Source: Clostridia bacterium
Lineage (GTDB): Bacteria; Bacillota; Clostridia; UBA1212; DUPL01
Length of the DNA stretch: 64,000 nt
Assembly: GCA_050951325.1 (NCBI GenBank)
Contig: JBMNIW010000008.1
Span: forward strand, 1 to 64,000
Direction of reading: 5' to 3'
The translations under genes and the position numbers were made by a program. The notes beneath the pieces were generated by a model. The model saw only the letters and a program-made list of their open reading frames with translations. It had not been told where the DNA came from and did no database searches. Shown piece after piece: positions 7,657-17,142 of the stretch. Each line of letters begins with the position of its first letter. Position 1 is the first letter of the stretch.

Positions 7657-9978
7657 TTAAGCTGTAACAACAGCATAACCCATCGCATCTACAGTGGTAG
7701 TAGTGTCTGGTATTATATAACCGATCTTTCCATAGTTAACATATATCTTGGTACCATTGGAATACTCGGTAACATATACTTCATATTTGCCACCATCATC
7801 GGGAACCCTGTAATGATTCACGATAAACTCGCCTCTCAAAGGTTTCAAAACCTCTTCCGAAATATTGTATGTTTCAACCACATCTTGAATAAGAAGGCTG
7901 AACTGTGAATTGAACAACCTGTTGTAGTTTGTATACTTCAAATCACCTGTTGGTCTGTACGTGAGCTCATATGATGGAAACGCACCATATTCAAGAGATC
8001 TGAGCAATGCAAACCTTGGGTCGTCCTCGTTGTTGAGAGGATTACTGTAGTAATCTATAATGCCGTGATAAACAATCTGTATGAATGGTACTGTTTCATC
8101 AAACACCATATTGGCGCTACGAACAGTAGGTATGTTTAATATTTTGTCAGCTGTCGATACAGCATAGGAGTTTCCGTAATAAATAGAAATTGTATCAAAC
8201 TCCTCTGTGTATTCCTTGAGCCACTTAACATACTTGTCGGCCAGCTGAGATCTAAGCAGAGCCGTATACCTGTTGTAGTCTGTAAACAGGTTGTCGCCTA
8301 ACTGCTGCAAATCAAGATGAGCTGCACCCATTTGCTTTAACTTCTGAATTTCCTTTGCCATAACCTTCTTCTCATAGTAAAGCGGACTCAAAACGTAGTT
8401 GTCGGAACCACGTCTGTAAACGCCGGAGCTGGTTGTGCTTTGGAACTGCAGATAGTGAACACCAGGTTTCTTGACAACAGAAGATCTTAGTGGAACCGAT
8501 GCTTTGGGTCTACCATATACCAAGAGCAGGTTGTTGTCAAAGGAAACCTCAACGTTGTTTTCCTTGGCCCAGGAAGTAAGTTTTTCAAAACCTTTCTTTC
8601 CTCCAAAATCCTTGTCAGGATTAAACTTCTTAGTTACGTTTCCATAATATCCGTCTTTTTGCCAACCGGCAATTGAAAACCTAATGTCTTCAACACCCTT
8701 GGCTTTAAGCTCTTCAAACATCTCAATAACTTCATCAAATGTTGTCATGACTTTCAGTGTATCAAGAGCTCCGCCCCATCTATTCTCATCACCCATGAAA
8801 ATCCTGACATTCATGCTCTTAGCATTGTCAGCAAGCTTTCTTTCAATACCGTACTTGGTTTTCCATGTCTCGAACAAAAGCTCCCTTGTCTTGTTGGCTA
8901 CGTCAACATAACTAAAGCTTTCGGCTTCATCAGTGGTCTCAATATAGAACTTCTGCCTAACATCGCCAAGAGTCATGTTTTCTTCAAGCAACTCATAATC
9001 GGCAGAGCCCTTACTGAGTTTCGTCAAATAGAACTGTCTGTATCTGAAATAGAAGCCTATTGAGTAAAGGGGCAGATTCTTGTTGCCTGGGTACTCAATA
9101 AACAGGGACGCATTCGCATCGCCTTCCTTGATGTAACATGTAATCATTGAATTCTCTTTTACGATGCCGAACACAGGCATTGTTATTGGCCAACTCTTGT
9201 AGTCAGGGTTTATCAGTCTGTTAAACGTCATATCATCCCCGTATATCTTCTTGTTATATGAGTCATAGTTGGTAATCCTGTTGGCATCAAATCTTGTCAA
9301 AGCACCACTGCCGTCAGGGGCTACAAAGTAGCCGTAATCTTCCTGTCTTGCAGAATCAAAATATGGAAGGACATACAATGATGCAAGCTTTGCAGTCTCA
9401 TGGGTTTCTTCAATTCCATTCTTTGGTATAAGGACCTCAAGTCCGTCTTCATGGATATAGAACTCGATTGCAAATCTGATTCCAGTTTCGGTCATGTTGT
9501 AAAAGATTTGCAGTCCACCATCAATCTTGTTTGCTTCCTTGGTATGCGGCACCTGGTTTATACCGAGAATGGTTCCACCTTCCTGACCGCTCTTTGTATA
9601 TTCAACAAAAACTATGGACTTCAATATTTGCAAAACATTCTTGTTCTTCTCATAATACTCTACCTCTTCCTCGGTAGCTTCCGGCCAACTCCTGAAAGAT
9701 ACGCCGGTTTTCAGATCGGTAACGACAAGCAGATCCTCGGATGGTGAATATTCAAGCCTGAACCTGCTGTTTTCCTCAACAGTGGTCAACTCCGCATCGT
9801 TAGGTATTGCACTTATTGCGGGTGCAGGATCGGAGAAGTTTATACCATCTTTGCTAAACTTAACATCGTGCTGCGATCCGAAAGCTACCTTTATAGCTAC
9901 ATAAACAGCTATAATAAGGACTAACACTACTATAATACTGGTTATTAATCTTTTCGGAATCTTAATTCTATCAAACAA
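7657..9978 (-). CDS. Membrane-anchored extracellular protein, DUF5696-like (possible glycoside hydrolase-like fold)
   Basis: 773 aa, N-terminal TM anchor. GYFVAPDGSGAL, MPVFGI, GWQKDG and VTEYSNGTKIYVNY motifs recall the DUF5696 family; the gene context fits. Confidence 0.7.
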   Translation of the reverse strand: MFDRIKIPKRLITSIIVVLVLIIAVYVAIKVAFGSQHDVKFSKDGINFSDPAPAISAIPNDAELTTVEENSRFRLEYSPSEDLLVVTDLKTGVSFRSWPEATEEEVEYYEKNKNVLQILKSIVFVEYTKSGQEGGTILGINQVPHTKEANKIDGGLQIFYNMTETGIRFAIEFYIHEDGLEVLIPKNGIEETHETAKLASLYVLPYFDSARQEDYGYFVAPDGSGALTRFDANRITNYDSYNKKIYGDDMTFNRLINPDYKSWPITMPVFGIVKENSMITCYIKEGDANASLFIEYPGNKNLPLYSIGFYFRYRQFYLTKLSKGSADYELLEENMTLGDVRQKFYIETTDEAESFSYVDVANKTRELLFETWKTKYGIERKLADNAKSMNVRIFMGDENRWGGALDTLKVMTTFDEVIEMFEELKAKGVEDIRFSIAGWQKDGYYGNVTKKFNPDKDFGGKKGFEKLTSWAKENNVEVSFDNNLLLVYGRPKASVPLRSSVVKKPGVHYLQFQSTTSSGVYRRGSDNYVLSPLYYEKKVMAKEIQKLKQMGAAHLDLQQLGDNLFTDYNRYTALLRSQLADKYVKWLKEYTEEFDTISIYYGNSYAVSTADKILNIPTVRSANMVFDETVPFIQIVYHGIIDYYSNPLNNEDDPRFALLRSLEYGAFPSYELTYRPTGDLKYTNYNRLFNSQFSLLIQDVVETYNISEEVLKPLRGEFIVNHYRVPDDGGKYEVYVTEYSNGTKIYVNYGKIGYIIPDTTTTVDAMGYAVVTA

Positions 9979-12046
9979 TGTAACTCAACTCCTTACCGAT
10001 CTGAATGAAAAAGTCAAACATCTGCACTGCAAGTCCGTACACTATCATGAACAGTGCTGAAACCGCCGTTACTCCTACAGCAGTAAGGATGGTAACCACT
10101 ACACCTTTCAATGGATGGAAACCATGTACGCCCTTTATGCAGAAGTACACCATCAAACCTACATATATACTAATGAAAGTATTTGCAAGTGTAAACAACT
10201 GAGCTTCACTTCTACCAAGAACATTAGTCAGTATTGCCAAAGGAATTGATGTAAGAATGAATGGAACATGACAGAATGCTCCGCCAATTATAATGTCCCT
10301 GAATCTTCCTTCACCATACATGATGGTGGTTACACCATAGTTAACAATAACGACAACAATCCATGGCATAAGTGCCCAAACAATTCGGGATCCCCAGTCT
10401 ATCATGTCAAGCGATACGCCATCTCTGTATATAAAGCTTGTAAATACGATTGAAAGCAGTTCGGATATTACATACAGAATCATGATTCCGAACATGTCTC
10501 CGTAATAACCCATTCCCTCGTATCTAATTTCATCAAATCCATCAATCGGATGTCTTGCTACATACACCATTCTCTTAAAGAAGTTCTTAATGGGCGTATA
10601 CCATGTAATCTTTTCAGGTTTCGGTCCAAGTTTCCTTCTTCTTCGTCTCATAAAGCTGACAAGAGTGGATATCCCTATAAGTAACAGCACCGCAACAGTG
10701 GCAATGATGGAAAAATATCTCTTGATAAACTCTGCTCTCTGCTCTTCAAAAGCAGTTGAGTAGAGGTCCGGGTCCTCGGCTTCATAATACAACTTCATTG
10801 CTTCCTTGAACTCATCCTTTCTCATATGGATGGTTCCCATGGACTGAAGTGCAAGTCTGTAGTAGTTGTCCTGATCAAGAACCTTTTGCCATTGCGCATA
10901 TGACTCGTCGTAATCTCCTTCTGAGAACAGTTTGTTTGCATTGTGTACAGTCTGGGCAAAGGCTGTTGGTTTGAATACAGTAATAACACCGGTTCGAGAA
11001 TCCACAACATATACCCTGCCCTGATCATCAACCTCGATTGAAGTAGGCTGAGAGTACTGACCGTAACCGGTTCCCAATGAGCCAAACACAAACAGGTTCT
11101 GGCCCCACTCGTCAAATTGGTAGATTCGACCGTAAGTAGAATCTATAAGATACATATTGTTGTTTTTGTCAACAGTCACATCTATAAAAACCTGAGATTG
11201 ACCTGCGCCCTGAATTATACTTGAGTCGTTAAAATTGTATCCATCATAAAGGACGTCTGCACCTGCAAAGTTGATTTTTCTAAGCTGTGCTGTTGTACTG
11301 GTTGTTGTAGCGTAAACATACTGGTCTTCACTGATATATATATTTGAGAATGTGTATGGCAGATTAACTATCTGACCCTTTCTGTCTTCTCGAGACCAAA
11401 GTAGTCTTGCCAAAGCATCCCAGAAATTCAGTATTACTCTGTTGGTTCCGAAGAAGTTTCTAAACTCTCCATCAGGACCAAGCAGTATAATTCCACGATA
11501 CTCGCCAACAGAAGTAACGTAAATATATCCTCTGTTGTCCTTAATTACTTTTTGAGGCTGATAGCTGAAATCCTCACCCAAAAGCTCATCTTCAGGTGTA
11601 AGATATGAATATCTGAAGTTTCCTCTTTCGGTAAATTCAACAAGTCTCTTGTTTCCTGCATCCACTACAAGAATGGTTCCATCGGGATCGACGTAAACAC
11701 AGGTCGGATCCGAAAGTGCGGAGGGGTCGTTTGGGCCTTCACCCTTTATATCAAACAGAAACTCGTATTCGGGACTCAAAACAACGATTCTGTTATTTCC
11801 TGAGTCAGCTATATATATGTTGCCATTATCAGCAATGAAAATATCCTTCGGATTCTTGAGTTTTCCTTCCTCCACAGTCTTGAACTCAATTATCTTATCT
11901 GGCACATAAGCAGCGGGAGTAGGTAAAGCCCATCCATCCGCCGTCAAAAAGTAGTTTGCGTAAGGAGTGGCTGCAGTAACCGGAATGAAAGACGTTACAA
12001 TCAAAGCAACAAGAATTGCCATACAAATGAATTTTTTTCGCATCAT
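9971..12046 (-). CDS. NHL-repeat / TPR / Yip1-domain membrane protein
   Basis: Signal peptide, NHL repeats (PKDIFIADNGNIYIADSGNNRI), helical TPR-like segment, TM plus RRRRRK, then HPIDGFDEIR followed by a multi-TM Yip1-like domain. Confidence 0.8.
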   Translation of the reverse strand: MMRKKFICMAILVALIVTSFIPVTAATPYANYFLTADGWALPTPAAYVPDKIIEFKTVEEGKLKNPKDIFIADNGNIYIADSGNNRIVVLSPEYEFLFDIKGEGPNDPSALSDPTCVYVDPDGTILVVDAGNKRLVEFTERGNFRYSYLTPEDELLGEDFSYQPQKVIKDNRGYIYVTSVGEYRGIILLGPDGEFRNFFGTNRVILNFWDALARLLWSREDRKGQIVNLPYTFSNIYISEDQYVYATTTSTTAQLRKINFAGADVLYDGYNFNDSSIIQGAGQSQVFIDVTVDKNNNMYLIDSTYGRIYQFDEWGQNLFVFGSLGTGYGQYSQPTSIEVDDQGRVYVVDSRTGVITVFKPTAFAQTVHNANKLFSEGDYDESYAQWQKVLDQDNYYRLALQSMGTIHMRKDEFKEAMKLYYEAEDPDLYSTAFEEQRAEFIKRYFSIIATVAVLLLIGISTLVSFMRRRRRKLGPKPEKITWYTPIKNFFKRMVYVARHPIDGFDEIRYEGMGYYGDMFGIMILYVISELLSIVFTSFIYRDGVSLDMIDWGSRIVWALMPWIVVVIVNYGVTTIMYGEGRFRDIIIGGAFCHVPFILTSIPLAILTNVLGRSEAQLFTLANTFISIYVGLMVYFCIKGVHGFHPLKGVVVTILTAVGVTAVSALFMIVYGLAVQMFDFFIQIGKELSYIV

Positions 12047-12063
12047 TTCTCTCTATACCTCCC

Positions 12064-12939
12064 TTACTTAATACCTGAATGTGCCATAGTATCCATAACC
12101 CTGCTTTGCTGGAGGATAAACATAATGATACCAGGCAATACCATAATCAAGGCAGATGCGGCCTGAGCACCAGCTCTTGCGATACCGCCACCGATAGTCG
12201 TCATAAAGAACGCCAAAGTCTTTAGCTGCTCTCTATAAATATAAGTAGTTGCAGTACCAGCATCTCCCCAAATTCCGCCAAATGTTAGGATAACAACAGT
12301 TGCCTGTGCATTCCTGAGCAGAGGCAATGCAATCCTTGTATACAGCTGCCACTCGGAAGCACCGTCAATCTTGCCCGCCTCAAAGATACTGTCAGGTACC
12401 TGATCAAGGAACTGTTTCAGCAGGAACAGACATGTAGGATTTGCCAGTCCTGGAATAATGTATACCCAATACCTATCAACAAGACCTAGTCTGGTATTAA
12501 TGATATACAGAGGTATTCCTGCAGCAGCTGCAACAAACATCAAAGCGGTTGTTACAGTTGTAAACAAGGCCTTTTGACCTGGGAACTTGTGCTTTGAAAG
12601 TGGATAGCATGCCATTGTACCTATCCATACCAGTAAAAACAGGTATGCAACAGTTATTAAAATCGTATTGAACAAATAACGGCTGAACGGTACCAAGCTT
12701 TCAGAAGTAATGTTCATAAGGTCCGAAAAGTTTTTCGTAGTTGGACTTTTAACGAAAAATCTAGGTGGATACAGGAACAATTCTTCCATAGGTTTAAAAG
12801 CGTGGCAGACCAGGTATACAAGAGGCAGAAGCGATACTAGTGCACCTATTGATAGAAATATCGTTATGGCTATAGCTCCATAGTCTCTACGCTTTCTCGC
12901 ACGTTTTAGATGTTCTATGTCAACATGTGTTTGCGCCAT
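12064..12939 (-). CDS. Carbohydrate ABC transporter permease (MalG-like)
   Basis: FKPMEELFLYPP, FEAGKIDGASEW EAA loop, TM segments. Confidence 0.9.
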   Translation of the reverse strand: MAQTHVDIEHLKRARKRRDYGAIAITIFLSIGALVSLLPLVYLVCHAFKPMEELFLYPPRFFVKSPTTKNFSDLMNITSESLVPFSRYLFNTILITVAYLFLLVWIGTMACYPLSKHKFPGQKALFTTVTTALMFVAAAAGIPLYIINTRLGLVDRYWVYIIPGLANPTCLFLLKQFLDQVPDSIFEAGKIDGASEWQLYTRIALPLLRNAQATVVILTFGGIWGDAGTATTYIYREQLKTLAFFMTTIGGGIARAGAQAASALIMVLPGIIMFILQQSRVMDTMAHSGIK

Positions 12940-12945
12940 TCCCTA

Positions 12946-13923
12946 TCACTCCTTCTCTCCAAATACTTTAAATGCAGTACGACCAAGCAGTATTATGATA
13001 CCTGTCAATACCACCGCTATCGCACTTGCGTAGCCAAGCTCAAAACGCTGACCGGAATAGTCTGACAAGTGCAGCATGATTGTCAAGCCCGCATCTTCAG
13101 GACTTGGATGTCCTACAATTTGCTGGCTTATAGCACCAACCGTAAACGCACCTGTTATTTGCAGTATGGCCGCAAACAGAAGCTGTGGCATCGTCTGTGG
13201 AATGTCGATGTAAATCAGACGCTGGAATCTTGAAACGACACCATCAACAGCGGCTGCGTCATACAAATCTCTGTCAACGTTGGTAAAACCTGCAACAAAG
13301 GACAGGAATCCCGTACCAAGGCTCGACCACAATGAAATAATAATTATGACAGGCATTATCAGGTTAACGTCCTTAAGCCACTGTATCGGCTCGTATATAA
13401 GACCCATCTGTATAAGAATTGAGTTCAAATATCCCTGGCTATCATCTGCGAACATAACCAGCCATACAACGGACATCGCAACACCTGCGGTAAGTGATGG
13501 CGCATAGAACGCCAACACATAGAAAGGTCTCACCCTCGTTGGAATCTGGTTAATAAACCATGCAAAGAAGTATGATGCAATATATCCGACAGGACCTACT
13601 ATGAAAGCATAAAACATGGTGTTGTTAAATGCCTTTAGGAATAGTGGGTCATCTACAAACAAATACACATAGTTGTCCCATCCTGTAAAAACAGGAGGAT
13701 TCAAAAAGTTAAAGTAAGTAAAGCTCAATACTGTAGAAGCAATAAGCGGAATCAACGTAAATATGGTAAACAGTATGAAAAATGGTGCCACCAGGACGTA
13801 TGACAGCTTGTAACGCCATACCTCGTGCATTGTATATCCGAATCTCGTTTCTACATTAAAAAGTCTCTTCTTGGGCTTTTGTTCGGCTGGGCGCATATTC
13901 TTTTCTTTCTTTTCCTTCTTCAT
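12946..13923 (-). CDS. Carbohydrate ABC transporter permease (MalF-like)
   Basis: FTGWDNY, LYDAAAVDGV, ELGYASAIA. Confidence 0.9.
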   Translation of the reverse strand: MKKEKKEKNMRPAEQKPKKRLFNVETRFGYTMHEVWRYKLSYVLVAPFFILFTIFTLIPLIASTVLSFTYFNFLNPPVFTGWDNYVYLFVDDPLFLKAFNNTMFYAFIVGPVGYIASYFFAWFINQIPTRVRPFYVLAFYAPSLTAGVAMSVVWLVMFADDSQGYLNSILIQMGLIYEPIQWLKDVNLIMPVIIIISLWSSLGTGFLSFVAGFTNVDRDLYDAAAVDGVVSRFQRLIYIDIPQTMPQLLFAAILQITGAFTVGAISQQIVGHPSPEDAGLTIMLHLSDYSGQRFELGYASAIAVVLTGIIILLGRTAFKVFGEKE

Positions 13924-13940
13924 TTAATTATATACCCCCC

Positions 13941-16900
13941 TTAATTTGATGAGTCGGATGGATACAACACGGAATCGGTTATGCCAAACTCTTTCTGCTT
14001 ACGCAGCATCTCTTTGTTGATTTCCTTTACAGCATCCTCCAATGCAATTCTTGCGTTCTTGCCCTGCAGAATTGTCTGGTTAAGTGCTGTATTAAGATAT
14101 CTGTGTGTATAGTATCCACCTAAGGTATTGTGAGCCTCCTTGAAATGGCTCCACTGCTCCAGAATGACGCTCATTTCCTTCTCAGTGTAAGGAAGTGTCT
14201 TTAATGCTTCAACGTTTGCCGGATTCCATCTGGAAGCAACTCCAAACGTAGCTTCAACTTCCTGACCATACTGGGTCTGGACTTCATCAGAAGACCACCA
14301 CTGGATAAATTTCCAAGCTTCCTCAGGATATTCCGTCGAGCTTATAATAATGCTGCAAGTACCAAGTCCGCCTGCATACCTGACAACAGAACCGTCAGAC
14401 AGCTTGTGACCAGGAATTGGAGCCATATCCCACTTTCCTTTCAACTCAGGAGCTGCAACCATCAGCTGGCTGAAGAAACCATGGCCATCAATACCAATGG
14501 GGATGGTTCCGTTTCTGAACCTCTGATAGAAGTTTGCAGCGTATGGTATCTTGTACTTGATATACAAATCAGCATATTCCTTGAACGCATTGTATGCTTC
14601 GACAGTATCCAGCGAGGAAGTCATAGCATGTTCGTCATACACGTTTCCGCCATGCTGGAACAAGAATGGAATATAGTTGCCAGGAGCATATGGATAGTAG
14701 AAGTCGTATCCCTTCTCCTGCAGAACAGGCAGCATCTCATATACATCTTCCCATGTATCAGGAGGGTCCAACTGAAGCTCGTCAACTATAATATCTGTCC
14801 TATAGAATAGCGCAACCCAGCTCTGAGTCTCGGGGAATGCATAGTAATTGCCCTTGTACAAGTATGGATTAAATGCATCATCTATATAGCTCTTCTTCAG
14901 TTCTTCAAATCCTTCAAACTGATTAAGCGGTAACAATGCACCTCTTATCGCATATTCAAAAGGTGTTCCCGCACCAACACTAATAGCAACGTCCGGAGCG
15001 TTACCTGCGACGTATCTGAGCATTATCTGGCCTTCGACACCGCCAGCAACCATGTTAACGTCTACTTTAATACGATGGTCTCTTGTAAACTCGTCACTTA
15101 TCATCCTTCTAAGAATTTCGACATGCTCACGACCTGTTGCCACGTAAACTGAAATGGTAGGATATTTATCAATATCTTCGTCTTCAATAATAGGAGCACC
15201 TATTGCGGAATAGTCTTTAACAAAAGACCAATAAAATTTCTTGGCACCAACATAAAGATTCTGCCAGAATCCACTTCTTGCCTTCTGTGTGTACCCCTTT
15301 TCAGAAATAATCATGTAGTCAAACGCCACAGGCTGCTCTTTTGCAGCAATAATGGTATTTGAAATACCAGCTATGGTGTCATTGACTTCATTAATGGCAC
15401 CAGGTACTTCCTCAGTGTCTTCTGCAAGGGATTTAAACAACTCGGCAGCTACTTTTATAGCAGAGCCGTAGTAAGGCGCTTTTCCGCCATTGGCTTCCTT
15501 AATATTGTCATATATCTCATAGAAGTTTTTGCTGTAAGACTCAAGAAGCTCAACAATGTCCGGGATGTATTCCTGAAGATCCCAGTCCATGTTTGCCTGA
15601 ACAGCATAAGAACCGTCGGCCTGTCTTGTTGCAGCAACAAGCTGAGTGATTCTTCTTACCAATGAAGAAATTGATTCTATGCACTCTTCAATTCTTTGAA
15701 TATCATGACGCAAAGGACCAACCTTTGCAGTTATTTCAATTTCATGAGTTCCCTCTTCCAGATAGAACATAAATGGCTTCTGATCCTTGTCCATAAGAGG
15801 CTTCAGAACCCAACCGTCGGAATAAGGGAAGCAATACTCTTCCATATCTTCAAATGGAATTGCACCATCTATCTTTATTTCCCTGTATGCAGCAACATAT
15901 GTCACTGATGAGCTGTATCTGAAAGACAACTGATACCATCCTGTCTCTGGAACCTCGAAGGTCCACTTGGCACTTGTTCCGCCGTCCTTCCATCTTGCTC
16001 CGCCAAAAATATTGTAGTGCAGCAAATCGTATGATGGTGGATAGGAGTAGTAGTCATCATTCCACTCCGCTCTTATTGTAATATCATTCTTCAACACAGG
16101 AACCTCAAGCTCAATCTGCTTTGCTTCCCCTTTATATATCTTGTCTTCTGAAAATCCATTCATATTCAGATACTCATCATATGTAGGATTTACAGTAGGA
16201 GCTACAAAGGATATAGTCTTGATAACACCAGCTTCTCTTGAGAAGGATATTTCTATTGTATTTGTTCCCTTCTGGAGAAGAATCAAATAAGGATTCCTGT
16301 AAAATCCATCCGGATGTGTCAGTACGGCCTTCTGCCAACCGAACACTTCTCTTTGCTTTGCTCTGATTTGGTTGCCTTCATCGTCATATCTGTCATACTC
16401 ATAGAACTCATACATTCTCTTTACCTCAAAATATGACGATTCAATAAATGGTTGTTTACCGTTGATTGTAAGACCAATCAACATGTTGGCACTTTTGCCG
16501 CTAAACAATCCGTACAACAATTCCAAATTGTACAGAGCAGTTTCCGGAACATCCAGGTTGTACACCAGAGTTACTTTTGAGGTCGATGTAACCACAGCTG
16601 TTTGATCAGCTTCCAAAGCAACCTCTCCGTCAACCACATAGTCTTCTGTGAACGCTTTCACATCACTGTTTATGGTTGACTTCTCTGGTATATAGTCCAT
16701 TCCTCGCAATTCCAATGGATTGCCCTGGTATAAAGGATATCCGGCTGACAAATATTTGGATAATACTTTTCCGTACTCCAGAAAACTATTATCCAATCTT
16801 CGCTCGTTTTCAATAAAGGGATTAAATTCCATTACATCAGTGTTTCTTTTCTGTTCAAATTGCTTTGCTTCCAAATCTTTCGTTACAATCGAAACAATTA

Positions 16901-16976
16901 TCGCAATAACAAAAAGAACAACCACACTGGCTGCAATTGAATAACGAACAATTTTCTGTTTCTTTTTCTTATTCAT
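13941..16976 (-). CDS. Large membrane-anchored solute-binding protein with N-terminal CBM-like beta-sandwich domains
   Basis: 1011 aa; N-terminal TM anchor with no lipobox. Two CBM-like repeats (LDVPETALYNL...KGTNTIEI; FEVPETGWYQL...EGTHEIEI) precede a C-terminal family-1 SBP (GNAPDV, FYRTDI, PPDTWED, WDMAPIPG). Confidence 0.8.
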   Translation of the reverse strand: MNKKKKQKIVRYSIAASVVVLFVIAIIVSIVTKDLEAKQFEQKRNTDVMEFNPFIENERRLDNSFLEYGKVLSKYLSAGYPLYQGNPLELRGMDYIPEKSTINSDVKAFTEDYVVDGEVALEADQTAVVTSTSKVTLVYNLDVPETALYNLELLYGLFSGKSANMLIGLTINGKQPFIESSYFEVKRMYEFYEYDRYDDEGNQIRAKQREVFGWQKAVLTHPDGFYRNPYLILLQKGTNTIEISFSREAGVIKTISFVAPTVNPTYDEYLNMNGFSEDKIYKGEAKQIELEVPVLKNDITIRAEWNDDYYSYPPSYDLLHYNIFGGARWKDGGTSAKWTFEVPETGWYQLSFRYSSSVTYVAAYREIKIDGAIPFEDMEEYCFPYSDGWVLKPLMDKDQKPFMFYLEEGTHEIEITAKVGPLRHDIQRIEECIESISSLVRRITQLVAATRQADGSYAVQANMDWDLQEYIPDIVELLESYSKNFYEIYDNIKEANGGKAPYYGSAIKVAAELFKSLAEDTEEVPGAINEVNDTIAGISNTIIAAKEQPVAFDYMIISEKGYTQKARSGFWQNLYVGAKKFYWSFVKDYSAIGAPIIEDEDIDKYPTISVYVATGREHVEILRRMISDEFTRDHRIKVDVNMVAGGVEGQIMLRYVAGNAPDVAISVGAGTPFEYAIRGALLPLNQFEGFEELKKSYIDDAFNPYLYKGNYYAFPETQSWVALFYRTDIIVDELQLDPPDTWEDVYEMLPVLQEKGYDFYYPYAPGNYIPFLFQHGGNVYDEHAMTSSLDTVEAYNAFKEYADLYIKYKIPYAANFYQRFRNGTIPIGIDGHGFFSQLMVAAPELKGKWDMAPIPGHKLSDGSVVRYAGGLGTCSIIISSTEYPEEAWKFIQWWSSDEVQTQYGQEVEATFGVASRWNPANVEALKTLPYTEKEMSVILEQWSHFKEAHNTLGGYYTHRYLNTALNQTILQGKNARIALEDAVKEINKEMLRKQKEFGITDSVLYPSDSSN

Positions 16977-17060
16977 AAGCCCAACCTTCCAAACTTTATT
17001 GTTGAATAACTATATAAAGACGTATCAAGCCCTAAATTATTGGGCAAAGTCCACAAAATC

Positions 17061-17089
17061 ATTATATAGTTTTGGTGCAACAGTGTCAA
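17061..17089 (-). promoter_or_regulatory. Consensus sigma-A promoter of the ABC operon
   Basis: Perfect TTGACA-N17-TATAAT on the minus strand, ~85 bp upstream of the 16976 start. Confidence 0.8.
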
Positions 17090-17142
17090 TAACACTATTT
17101 TTCATAATTATAACTAAAATGTAAACAAACAGCCCCAAAAAT

